DNA of 64,000 bases from positions 9,371-73,370 of the forward strand of contig DAOTTC010000088.1 in the NCBI GenBank assembly GCA_034437815.1, read 5' to 3'. Every line of letters begins with the position of its first letter. The stretch's first letter is position 1. Origin of the DNA: Chloroflexia bacterium (lineage in GTDB: Bacteria > Chloroflexota > Chloroflexia > QHBQ01 > JADMIH01). Under the pieces are notes generated by a model. It was not told the DNA's origin. It did no database searches and saw only the letters and a list, made by a program, of their open reading frames with translations. A program made the translations under genes and the position numbers. Positions 40,430-49,513 of this stretch are shown piece by piece.

Positions 40430-40458
40430 ATTATAGCACTGCTTGCGCAATGTGGCAA
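40430..40458 (-). promoter_or_regulatory. sigma70 promoter of thiN-ykoEDC
   Basis: TTGCCA-17 nt-TATAAT. Confidence 0.7.
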
Positions 40459-40523
40459 GGGCGCCGTTGGGGAAAGAGAGGGCTGTGCCTTCTCCTTTCC
40501 CCTTCCCTCTGTTATAGCGCAGT

Positions 40524-41420
40524 TCACACGCACCCCTGCTTCCGACGCCGCTGGCGGGCCGCCTCGAACAGGATGACGGCGGCGGCTATGGCCGCGTTGA
40601 GCGACTCGGTGCCCCCCATCATGGGGATGCACACCAACCCACCACCCCCCTCAGCCAGCAGACGGGCCTGCTGGCTGATGCCGTGCGCCTCGTTCGAAAT
40701 GATCAGTGCCGCGGGCTGTAGCCAGTCAACTTCATCATAGCTTTGCCGTGCCGCCGCATCGGTGCCGAATATGCGGGTGGCAGGCACCCCCAGCATCTGA
40801 ACCGCCCTTTCGATCTGAGGCCAGTCGCTGTTGGGATAAATCGGCAGGCGGAAGTGAGCACCCATGGCTGACCGCACCACTTTGGGGCTATACACATCCA
40901 CGCAGTCCGGGCTGAGCCATACTGCGTGCACACCTGCGGCCTCGGCAGCACGCAGGATGGTGCCCAGATTGCCGGGGTCTTGAATGGCGTCGCATATGAG
41001 CGCGAGCGCCGGGGCGGGCGCAGGAGTCGGCGGTTCGCGGTCTACAATGGGGAAGGCCGCCACAATCCCCTGTGGGTGAACGGTGTCCGAGGCCGACTGG
41101 AGGGCACGCACGCTGGCTTCCAATAACATCGGTGGCTTGCCCGTGTCGGTTCGCAGCTTACGAAGCGAGGTCAACAGAGCTTGCCCGCGCTCGGTTCTGG
41201 CAAGCAGTTCGGGATTGTACAGACATACGGCGGGCACGTAACCCGCACGCAACCCTTCTTCGACGGCCCGCACCCCCTCGACCAGAAACCGACGTTGCTC
41301 ACGTCTGCCTTTTGTGGTGGTCAAGGCGCGCAGGGCTTTGACGGTGGGATTGGCCGAGCTGTCGATCACTGCGCCGTGCACCTTCCAACGTGTTGGCTCC
41401 CGATGCTGCGCACTTGCCAC
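40524..41420 (-). CDS. TrmH/SpoU family RNA 2'-O-methyltransferase
   Basis: IQDPGNLGTILRAAEAAG, VVRSAMGA, IISNEAHG, ESLNAAIAAAVILFE. Confidence 0.93.
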   Translation of the reverse strand: MASAQHREPTRWKVHGAVIDSSANPTVKALRALTTTKGRREQRRFLVEGVRAVEEGLRAGYVPAVCLYNPELLARTERGQALLTSLRKLRTDTGKPPMLLEASVRALQSASDTVHPQGIVAAFPIVDREPPTPAPAPALALICDAIQDPGNLGTILRAAEAAGVHAVWLSPDCVDVYSPKVVRSAMGAHFRLPIYPNSDWPQIERAVQMLGVPATRIFGTDAAARQSYDEVDWLQPAALIISNEAHGISQQARLLAEGGGGLVCIPMMGGTESLNAAIAAAVILFEAARQRRRKQGCV

Positions 41421-41523
41421 AGCGAAAAGAATACGGCTGTTCCACCATCAGGCGAGAACAACCGCGCAGTCCCCTGACCTGTGTTCATCGGCGGGGCGGG
41501 TGTACGGGCTGGGCTATGCGCCG

Positions 41524-42012
41524 CTATGCACCGGCTCTGGCAGTGCGCTTGACCTGAGCAGAAGAGGTCTCTCCTGCGGCAGGTAGTTCGGGGGTCTCGG
41601 CCATCTCCTCGGCGGCTTCGAGAGCCTGACTGGCCGCTTCCTGAATGAGCGCAGGAGCCACGGGTCTCCCACCGGCCAGAGCCACCAGATTGGCGAAGGC
41701 GGCGGCATCCCGCACTGCTAGATCGGCCAGAGTCTTGCGGTCAAGGGTCACGCCGGCGGCGGCCAACCCCGCCATGAACTTACTGTAGGACAGCCCGCCA
41801 AGCCGCGCGGCTGCGTTGATCCTCACTATCCACAACCTGCGCATATCGCGCTTGCGCGTCCGCCGGTCGCGGTATTGATAGCGCAGGGCGCGCATAACCA
41901 TCTGGTTGGCGAAGCGGAACAACCTGCTTCGCGTACCATAGTAGCCCTTGGCGGCTTTCAGAACCTTGGCGTGTCTGCGATGGCGCGTGCGTCCTCTCTT
42001 AATGCGTGCCAT
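41524..42012 (-). CDS. rplT: 50S ribosomal protein L20 with ~45-aa C-terminal extension
   Basis: [21 protein letters not shown]..., [31 protein letters not shown]. Confidence 0.97.
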   Translation of the reverse strand: MARIKRGRTRHRRHAKVLKAAKGYYGTRSRLFRFANQMVMRALRYQYRDRRTRKRDMRRLWIVRINAAARLGGLSYSKFMAGLAAAGVTLDRKTLADLAVRDAAAFANLVALAGGRPVAPALIQEAASQALEAAEEMAETPELPAAGETSSAQVKRTARAGA

Positions 42013-42097
42013 ATATGCGTCCTTCTCCTGTCAATTTGTCTCAATTCCCTCGAGCGCAGAGCATGGCGGCCCGACAGGTCACTGCTACGATGCTATA

Positions 42098-42298
42098 CTA
42101 TGCGCCGTAAGGCAACAAGCGCTTCACCTGCTTCTTGTTGCTGGGGTTCAGCGGTAGCATGCGGTCGAACATCTGCTTGACGCGGGTGGACTTCTTGCGT
42201 CTGAAGTGACTCTTCATATGCTTGGTGCGCATAATCTTGCCCGTGCCGGTTATCTTGAACCGCCGCGCCGCTCCTTTGTGTGTTTTCATCTTGGGCAT
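42098..42298 (-). CDS. rpmI: 50S ribosomal protein L35
   Basis: MPKMKTHKGAARRFKITGTGK; immediately upstream of rplT. Confidence 0.97.
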   Translation of the reverse strand: MPKMKTHKGAARRFKITGTGKIMRTKHMKSHFRRKKSTRVKQMFDRMLPLNPSNKKQVKRLLPYGA

Positions 42299-42366
42299 GA
42301 CACTGTTTCTCCTGTGTCTCGTTGGTCAGGCTATTTTGCAGTGCTCCGTACAGGTCACAGCCGAAA

Positions 42367-42395
42367 ATTATACCACATATGCATGCTCTCTGCAA
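42367..42395 (-). promoter_or_regulatory. sigma70 promoter of rpmI-rplT
   Basis: TTGCAG-17 nt-TATAAT with TG at the extended -10 position. Confidence 0.75.
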
Positions 42396-42463
42396 GCGCG
42401 ACCGGCCCGCGCAGTTCCACCAACAATCGGGATCGTAAGCTGCCAGTGGTTAGAGCAGAGCTA

Positions 42464-42517
42464 ACCACCAAGAGCCATCAAGACACTAAGGCTGATGGCT
42501 GATGGCCACTGATAGCG
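42464..42517. repeat. CACCAAG-type and CTGATGG heptamer repeats
   Basis: ACCACCAAGAGCCATCAAGACACTAAGGCTGATGGCTGATGGCCACTGATAGC. Confidence 0.55.
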
Positions 42518-42522
42518 GTTGC

Positions 42523-42551
42523 TTGACAGGCCTGCGCCCTTTGTCTAAACT
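42523..42551 (+). promoter_or_regulatory. sigma70 promoter of the Asp-box protein gene
   Basis: TTGACA-17 nt-TAAACT. Confidence 0.65.
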
Positions 42552-42602
42552 AAGTCTCAGACCCGCCGACTGCGCAAGCCCCATCCCCACGCAGAAAGAC
42601 CC

Positions 42603-44891
42603 GTGAAGATGATACACCGTCGCCCGCGCCTCCTCAGCCTGCTAGCTTGTGCGGGCCTTATCTTAGCGCCCGCTCTATGCGCAGCATCTTGGTTTGCCGG
42701 TCCGTCTGCGGACGTCCTGAGGCAGACCGCCGACCTCTACGACGTGCGTGTGAACCAGACGACCACCGCCGACCAACACGAGCCTACCCTTGCGGTGGAC
42801 CCCACAAACCCCAACAACGTGATCGCCGCCGCCAAGGATTGGCGCACTGGACCCAAGCAAGTATGGCACTATCTCTCTACGGATGGCGGGCGCACTTGGG
42901 CCGACGGGCATATCGCCGGCCTGCCTACCGAATTGCCCAACCAGAGCGACCCTGTGCTGGTGTTCGATGCTATGGGCACGGCCTACATGGCCCTCATAGG
43001 TTACAACCAAAACGATTTCTCTGTGGGCGGTATCTTCGTAGCCCGCTCCCGCGATAAGGGCCGAACATGGGACGTGCCGGTGCTCGTTGCGGCCAACAGT
43101 GCTGACGTGTTCAACGACAAAGAATGGATTACTATTGACCGCAGCACCAACCCCACCACCCGGGGGAACATCTACGTGACATGGACCCTGTTCAGGAGGC
43201 TAGGACGCAATAGAGAGCGAGGGGACATCGTTATCTCGCGTTCCACCGACGGCGGACGCACCTTCTCAGAGCCGGTGGCCGTCAACCTACAGGGTCAGGT
43301 GCAAAACCAAGGCTCATGGCCCGCGGTGGGACCCAACGGCGAGGTATACGTGCTGTACTACACCGACGTACCTGCCGATGAGAACGATGCCTTATATGTC
43401 GCCCGATCGACCGATGGGGGCCAGACCTTCCCACAGGTGCGCAAGGCCGCTAACGTACGCCGCCCCCCCAGCCCCCTCCCCGGCAGCCGGTTCCGCATGT
43501 TCGTACTGCCCTCCATGGCTGTGGACCCGCGCAACGGCACTGTGTACGTGACGTGGAACGACTATAGAGCCGGTGAAGCCGACGTGCTGCTGGTGACCTC
43601 AACCGACGGCGGGAGCACGTGGTCCACACCCAAGCGCGTCAACGATGACCCGGCATCCCAGCGGCGCGACCAGTTCTTCCCGGCGGCGATCGCCGGCCCG
43701 GACGGCACACTGCACTTGCTGTGGCTCGACCGCCGCGATGACCCGGCTAACAGGCGCTTCGTCCCATATTATGCGCGATCAACCGATGGGGGCAATTCCT
43801 TCAGCACCAACATTCGCATTGCCGCCGCCGCCAGCGACCCAGACGTGGGTTTCGAGGGCGTGCTCATAGGCGACTACATCGCGCTCGACGTCTCCTCGGA
43901 TGGAAGCAGGGTGTACGCCGCATGGGTGGACACCCGCAACGGCCATCAGGACATCTACTTCTCAGCCTTCGATGCCCGACAGGCCACCGGAGTGCCGGTT
44001 GCCCCCTCGTTCACCACCACGCCCACCCCTCTCATGGTGCCCTCGCCGCAGCCGCTCACCGGCTTCGCCGATGAAGCCTTCAAGCGCAAGTGGGAGCGGG
44101 CAGACAGGCCCGTGCTCACCTACCGGACCAGCAGGCCATGGCTCTGGGGACCGGTGTCCTTCGCGGCGGCCCATGAACCGTATGCGCAAGGGGCCGACGG
44201 CACGCGCCACGTCCAATATTTCGACAAAGCCCGTATGGAGATCAACCGACCCGATGGCGACAGACAAAGCCCATACTTCGTCACGAATGGACTGCTGGTG
44301 GTGGAGTTGATAAGCGGTCGCATCCAGACGGGCGATCAGCAGTTCGAACCGCCGCGCCCTCCCTCCCAAGTGCCCGTTGCGGGCGACATCAACAGCCCGA
44401 ACGCCATTACTTATGCCTCGTTGGCCGCTGTCGCCTCGCTTTCAGGGGAGAACCGTGCTCCCGACCGCACCGGCCACAGCGTCACCGCCGTGCTGGATAA
44501 TACAGGTCAGGTGCGCGATGACCTCAGCAAGGCGGGGCAGGTAAGGCTCGTCAGGTATGTGCAGGAGACGGGTCATAACATACCGGACGTTTTCTGGAGT
44601 TTCATGAACGCGCGGGGTCTCGTATATGATAGCCCTTCCGAGAGCTATGTCGACGCGCCCATCATGGAATGGCTCACCGATCTGGGCTACCCCATCACCG
44701 AGCCATACTGGACCTATGTGAAAATCAACGGGGTAACAAAGTGGGTAATGGTGCAGGCCTTCCAGCGGCGGGTGCTCACCTACGTGCCCGATAACCCTCC
44801 GGGCTGGCAAGTGGAGATGGGCAACGTAGGCAGGCATTATTACGATTGGCGCTACCGCCAACAAACGCCCGCGCCACGCCGCGCACGCTGA
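42603..44891 (+). CDS. secreted BNR/Asp-box beta-propeller (sialidase-like) protein with Chloroflexota-type C-terminal domain
   Basis: Signal peptide; six Asp-boxes (STDGGRTW, SRDKGRTW, STDGGRTF, STDGGQTF, STDGGSTW, STDGGNSF); PT linker; FADEAFKRKWERADRPV...QYFDKARMEI...GYPITEPYW...EMGNVGRHYY. Confidence 0.88.
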   Translation: MKMIHRRPRLLSLLACAGLILAPALCAASWFAGPSADVLRQTADLYDVRVNQTTTADQHEPTLAVDPTNPNNVIAAAKDWRTGPKQVWHYLSTDGGRTWADGHIAGLPTELPNQSDPVLVFDAMGTAYMALIGYNQNDFSVGGIFVARSRDKGRTWDVPVLVAANSADVFNDKEWITIDRSTNPTTRGNIYVTWTLFRRLGRNRERGDIVISRSTDGGRTFSEPVAVNLQGQVQNQGSWPAVGPNGEVYVLYYTDVPADENDALYVARSTDGGQTFPQVRKAANVRRPPSPLPGSRFRMFVLPSMAVDPRNGTVYVTWNDYRAGEADVLLVTSTDGGSTWSTPKRVNDDPASQRRDQFFPAAIAGPDGTLHLLWLDRRDDPANRRFVPYYARSTDGGNSFSTNIRIAAAASDPDVGFEGVLIGDYIALDVSSDGSRVYAAWVDTRNGHQDIYFSAFDARQATGVPVAPSFTTTPTPLMVPSPQPLTGFADEAFKRKWERADRPVLTYRTSRPWLWGPVSFAAAHEPYAQGADGTRHVQYFDKARMEINRPDGDRQSPYFVTNGLLVVELISGRIQTGDQQFEPPRPPSQVPVAGDINSPNAITYASLAAVASLSGENRAPDRTGHSVTAVLDNTGQVRDDLSKAGQVRLVRYVQETGHNIPDVFWSFMNARGLVYDSPSESYVDAPIMEWLTDLGYPITEPYWTYVKINGVTKWVMVQAFQRRVLTYVPDNPPGWQVEMGNVGRHYYDWRYRQQTPAPRRAR

Positions 44892-44931
44892 CGAAAGCTC
44901 CGCCTTTATTTTCTTAATTTTCCTAGCGGTA

Positions 44932-45108
44932 AATACCGGGGTGCAGGGGCACTCCCCTGCCGGGGATTGTTGGGGTGTCCCCTAGCCCCCCACTTGTCTA
45001 CTCCCTACAATAGGGGGTGCAGGGGCACTCCCCTGCCGGGGGTTGTGGGGGTGTCCCCCACCTTTCCCTCTACCCGCAATCCATAGCCTTCCTATGGAGG
45101 ATTGGCAT
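44932..45108 (+). repeat. tandem pair of family I REP/PATE-like elements plus 26-nt module
   Basis: Two copies of GGGGTGCAGGGGCACTCCCCTGCCGGGG...GGGGTGTCCCC, then ATAGCCTTCCTATGGAGGATTGGCAT; between convergent genes. Confidence 0.85.
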
Positions 45109-45136
45109 CAGGGGAAGATGCGCCGAGCCAGCGAGC

Positions 45137-48100
45137 CTACGGCAAAGTGACCAGCACGACACCCGAAGCTCGCGCCAGCAGGTTGACCCCACCATTGGTC
45201 AATTGCATGTACCGCGATGGCATGGGGTAGAAGGTAATGTGCACAGGGTCGGGTGCCACGCTCAGCACCTTGAACCTGAGCTTTGCGATGGTGAACGTGC
45301 CTTGCGGCGGTGTTCCTTGCAACAGCCCTGCAGAATAACCGAGGGCACCGCCTTTGCCGTCAACCCAGTTGCCCATGACCGCGGGCAGAGCCACCCCCGG
45401 CTCAACTGCCTGAGCAGGTGCCCCCTGCGCGTCTACCAACAAGAGCCGGTTTGCGTCATACCTTACAATGAATGCCGCCCCGTCCACGGGTTGGGTGCCC
45501 GTGTCGGCCAGCACTTCGACCTCTACGACCTCGCCCACGCGCGCGCTGGTTCTGCTGGCAGCCATGCGCATGGTCAACGTCTTCTGTAGTTGCTCGGGGT
45601 TCAGCCATGGAGACAGCGCGTGCGCCAAGTTGGTGCTCATCGCCATCGTCCGCACCCCACCGTCCGCCGAGATGTCGCCACACAGGTCGAAGCCGGAGCG
45701 AAGCAGGCTGACATCGCTCATGCTGACCTCCCCATCGCCGTTCAGGTCTGCGGCGGGGTTGAACCCGGGCGTGCTCTTGTCGACACCCAGCATGGACTGC
45801 ACCACAGCGAAATCGTTGACGGTGACGCAGTTGTCGCCATCAACATCGCCCTCCACTTGCGCCTTCATATCCAGTTCAACCACCGCCGATGGGGTGATGT
45901 TGACCGATGCGCGCGCGGTTTGCAGGCTATGTGGGCCTTTCACATGCACGTTGTACACCCCGGCAGGCAGGCCCCTGAACACAGCCACGCCGTTGCGGTC
46001 GGTGGTTGCGCTGTATTTGGCCACGATTTTGGCGTCCTGTGGGGTGGACAGGAACAAGGTCAGCGGCTGAATCCAACTATCGTTGGGGGCTTTCTGCCTG
46101 CCCAGCCACTGTACACGCACGCGCAGCGCACCCGGCCCCTGTCCATCGGAAGGCGCAGGTTGCACCTTTGGCACCTGCGGCCCACCGGACGCGGCAAGCA
46201 TGGTGAACTCTAATCTACCCTGCGTGCTTTTGCTGTAGTACTGCACACGGATCGTGTGCATGCCCGCGTCGAGGTCTGCTCTGTATCTCTCGGTGTGCCA
46301 GCCTTCCCAGAACCAACCGTTGACCGCCAGCACCCCGTCAACCCACAGCCTTGCACCGCCCTCGCCCGAAATCACGAAATCATAGGTGCCCGGAGCGACC
46401 TGAATCTCCTTCGTAAACTGGGCTGACCACCCTTCGGTGCCGAGGCCATAGCTCGTAGATTTGCCGGTGGGCCACGCAATATTGGGTTCGGGCACGTCCC
46501 TCACCAGCGTAGGTTGGCCGGGCAGCTTGAAGGCGGGCGCGTCCTGCGGTGAAGGGGGTTTGTAGCCGGTGAAATATTCGGCCTTCCAGCCCGTGAACCT
46601 ATCGGGCCACGGCGTAAGTCTCACCGAGCCGCCGCTGATGCTGAGCAGCCCTCCGGTGAAGCTCTGGCTCTGTGCGCCGCCCAGTTCGGGTGCAGCCACA
46701 AAGGGGTCGGAGATGGGCGGGCCCACCCACTCAGGGCCGGGCGGCACATGTGTCGCATATGCCTGCGCGATAGCCCCGGATAGCACATAAGCCCGCGGAG
46801 CCGATTTGAGCACATCGTACACCAGCCACACGCCTCCCCCGCCCTGTGGTCCACTCAGCGGTTGGGCCAGCACATTGTATTCGGAGATATAGGGCAACCA
46901 CCAGCGCACCGCCCCTATCGGCCTGCCCAAAGCCTGCACCCCGCCATTGCGATTATACGCCTCCATGAATACCTCAGGCTTGGTTGAACCTTGCCCGACG
47001 GTGAAGGTGGGTGGTGCCGGCGGACGGCCGGTAGGAGTGACAGTGCTGGCCGCGGTGGGCGCGGGCATACCATCATAGCCGCCACCCGGCGGCGCCGGGC
47101 TAACGCGCGCCCCCGAATAGTAAAACTCGGTTATCCAGCCCCATGGTTTGCCTCGGTCTGCGTAGTAGGCGGTGCCCCACTGAGTCATGTACGAGCTTGG
47201 CCACGGACACTCGCCCACGGGGTCGGGGTCGTATGAGCCCGCGCAATACTGAGCTTGAAACAGCACCCCGTTTCTGGTCAGGCTGTAGTTGAAGGTCGCA
47301 TCCACTGCGGCATCGGTGCTGGCGTAGCTGACGTTGGGGTCGTACACCTGATCGTCGACGTTGTCCTTGAGGTCTGCGCCCAGAGCCGTCTGCTTGCCTC
47401 CTCTGCTGATCCAGAACCACGCATATGTCTTCACCGCCATGGCCCCTGCTTTCAACGCTTCGGGCGACCATGTGGGTATCCATTCATTGGGAAGCACGTG
47501 CTTCAGGTAGTCTCGGAACGGCACCACTTCCACCTGCCCGGTAGCCACCCGATACACTCGGATGGTCGCGGGTGGGGTCTGGCTTCCCGTCTGGTAAGCC
47601 ATGATCGCCGGCCTTTCATTGACGCTAGCGCCGACAGTCGCGTCAAGGTCCAAGCCGAACGCTGAGGTTAAGTCTAGTAGGGCTGCCCTGCCGTGCGCGG
47701 CGGCAGTGAGCACTGTTGCATCGTTACCCGCGAGCTTCAGACGCGCATGTATGCGCAGGGTATCCCCACGGTAGTACACCGCACCGTGCAGGGTCCACAG
47801 TGCGTAGCCTTCCTTATGCACCTTCACCGTGACCGGCTGGCGGTCCGCACTCGTAACGGCCTCCGTATCCTCTAGTGTATGCAGGGGGAACGCGAAATAG
47901 CCATTCTCATCGGTGAAAGCATGAGCGCCGTCGTTGATGGTTACCCGCGCATTTGCGACCGGCCCACCCGACCCCTCCTCGAGCACATGGCCTTCGATGG
48001 CAGGCGATGACGCCGAGCGTGCATTAGCCTCGCCCGCGCCTACAGGTTCTTGAGCATACACCGGCAGGTCGGCGCCGGAAGAGAGGAGATCGGTGGAAGA

Positions 48101-48190
48101 ATATATGCGACCCGCCCCCGCAAGCAGTATCACAAGCAGGAGCGGCAACAACAGGACGCGCGCAACCGTCTGATGGTTAAACCTCGGCAT
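45137..48190 (-). CDS. secreted SpoIID/LytB-domain protein with carboxypeptidase-regulatory-like, LGFP-like, PA14, X-dockerin and cohesin modules
   Basis: YLKHVLPNEW..EALKAGAMAVKTYAW (SpoIID); WKAEYF..WSAQF..GGARLWVDG (PA14); GDVDGDNCVTVND and ADLNGDGEVSMSD (dockerin); C-terminal VGEVVEVEV..VDGAAFIVRYD (cohesin); ATG at 48190 after GGAGG. Confidence 0.85.
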   Translation of the reverse strand: MPRFNHQTVARVLLLPLLLVILLAGAGRIYSSTDLLSSGADLPVYAQEPVGAGEANARSASSPAIEGHVLEEGSGGPVANARVTINDGAHAFTDENGYFAFPLHTLEDTEAVTSADRQPVTVKVHKEGYALWTLHGAVYYRGDTLRIHARLKLAGNDATVLTAAAHGRAALLDLTSAFGLDLDATVGASVNERPAIMAYQTGSQTPPATIRVYRVATGQVEVVPFRDYLKHVLPNEWIPTWSPEALKAGAMAVKTYAWFWISRGGKQTALGADLKDNVDDQVYDPNVSYASTDAAVDATFNYSLTRNGVLFQAQYCAGSYDPDPVGECPWPSSYMTQWGTAYYADRGKPWGWITEFYYSGARVSPAPPGGGYDGMPAPTAASTVTPTGRPPAPPTFTVGQGSTKPEVFMEAYNRNGGVQALGRPIGAVRWWLPYISEYNVLAQPLSGPQGGGGVWLVYDVLKSAPRAYVLSGAIAQAYATHVPPGPEWVGPPISDPFVAAPELGGAQSQSFTGGLLSISGGSVRLTPWPDRFTGWKAEYFTGYKPPSPQDAPAFKLPGQPTLVRDVPEPNIAWPTGKSTSYGLGTEGWSAQFTKEIQVAPGTYDFVISGEGGARLWVDGVLAVNGWFWEGWHTERYRADLDAGMHTIRVQYYSKSTQGRLEFTMLAASGGPQVPKVQPAPSDGQGPGALRVRVQWLGRQKAPNDSWIQPLTLFLSTPQDAKIVAKYSATTDRNGVAVFRGLPAGVYNVHVKGPHSLQTARASVNITPSAVVELDMKAQVEGDVDGDNCVTVNDFAVVQSMLGVDKSTPGFNPAADLNGDGEVSMSDVSLLRSGFDLCGDISADGGVRTMAMSTNLAHALSPWLNPEQLQKTLTMRMAASRTSARVGEVVEVEVLADTGTQPVDGAAFIVRYDANRLLLVDAQGAPAQAVEPGVALPAVMGNWVDGKGGALGYSAGLLQGTPPQGTFTIAKLRFKVLSVAPDPVHITFYPMPSRYMQLTNGGVNLLARASGVVLVTLP

Positions 48191-48276
48191 TGGCCCTCCG
48201 CTGAGTTTGTTGTGGCAGGGTCTATGTCGTTGTCGCGCTATCACACGAGCGCGCTCGATTGTAATTCATTGCGAAC

Positions 48277-48305
48277 ATCTTAACATAATACGCACGCTTA
48301 TGCAA
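48277..48305 (-). promoter_or_regulatory. putative sigma70 promoter of the SpoIID gene, overlapped by an inverted repeat
   Basis: TTGCAT-17 nt-TAAGAT with extended -10 TG; CATAA-N9-TTATG palindrome across it. Confidence 0.5.
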
Positions 48306-48490
48306 TAGGTAATTGGTACTTTCGCCAAAATTGGCATACTTTTCACGCAATGAGCCAACACACTCACAAGGGCCGACTCATACTATTTGTCAATTGTGCA
48401 ACCCTCGGGGGTATAAGTCCCCGGCTCTTTGCTCTTTTTCCCTCCGTGTTGGCGGAGGCTGTCCCCCGATGCCACGAGGCATATCCTTAG

Positions 48491-49513
48491 GTGGTGCTCC
48501 GCACCAATCTGGTATACTGGTACAGGCCGAACCGTAGGGGAGGGGAATATTACAAGGATCGGGGCGTGATTTATCACACCCCTGCACTGCATGTAGATGC
48601 GATGCCTGCAACAGATTCTCACCAACCTATCGCGTACCATGACGCGGTGGCCAGAGCTTTTAGCCTTTCTGCTCCCCTCTACGATGCCGACCAGATATCC
48701 AATCCCATTGCGAGGTGGACGCGAGCGCGCAATTTGGCTTTGCTGTCGAGCCTGTTCAAGCCCGGCGACCGTGTTCTGGAGCTTGGTTGCGGTACCGGTG
48801 TTGAGGCCATATATCTGGCGCGCCGTGGGGTCACAGTCGTGGCCACCGATCCGGCCCAAGCGATGATAGCCGAGGTGCAATCCAAACTGGCCGAGGGTGG
48901 TTCAGCCCATGATGTGGCCGGGCGCATCACACCCCTAGTGCTTGCCGCCCGCGATGTTTGGCTGCTTATTGAATCCTATGGCCCTCAGGCCTTCGACGGG
49001 GCGTATTCTAGTTTTGGCCCTCTGAACTGCGAACCCGATCTGGCTCCGGTAGCAGACGCGCTGGCGGCGTTGGTCAGGCCGGGCGGGCGAGTGCTCATCT
49101 CTGTCATCAACCGCTACTGCCTGTGGGAGGCGGCGTGGTATCTTGCGACCGGCAAACCTCGAGTGGCCTTTCGCAGGTGGGGGGGACGTGCCGGCGCCAC
49201 CGTAAGAGCTGATTGGCCCCACGAGAAGATCACAATCTTCTATCGAACCCCCGGCTCGATGCGGCGCGCCTTCGGGGCGCATTTTCGGTTGGAGCGCACC
49301 CTCGCGTTGCCATGGCTTCTGCCGCCACAGTATCTGGCCGGGCTGGTGCGGCGCTCGCCGCGCTTATTCCGGTGGCTGGCACGCGTGGACCGTGCCCTCG
49401 CCGGCACGTGGCCTTTCCATTCTCTTGGCGACCACTGCGTGCTGGTGCTGTCCAGAACGCCCCCAACAAATGCAGGCTCGCAGAGAACAATTGGGGAGGG
49501 TGGGTCGCCGTGA
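48491..49513 (+). CDS. class I SAM-dependent methyltransferase
   Basis: VLELGCGTG motif I, FDGAYSSFGPLNC; start uncertain. Confidence 0.88.
   Translation: MVLRTNLVYWYRPNRRGGEYYKDRGVIYHTPALHVDAMPATDSHQPIAYHDAVARAFSLSAPLYDADQISNPIARWTRARNLALLSSLFKPGDRVLELGCGTGVEAIYLARRGVTVVATDPAQAMIAEVQSKLAEGGSAHDVAGRITPLVLAARDVWLLIESYGPQAFDGAYSSFGPLNCEPDLAPVADALAALVRPGGRVLISVINRYCLWEAAWYLATGKPRVAFRRWGGRAGATVRADWPHEKITIFYRTPGSMRRAFGAHFRLERTLALPWLLPPQYLAGLVRRSPRLFRWLARVDRALAGTWPFHSLGDHCVLVLSRTPPTNAGSQRTIGEGGSP

Noticed and set aside
48278-48308. This palindrome as a canonical dif site
   Set aside because: The 9-nt spacer does not fit the 6-8 nt central region of Xer sites. It is kept only as a low-interest operator candidate.
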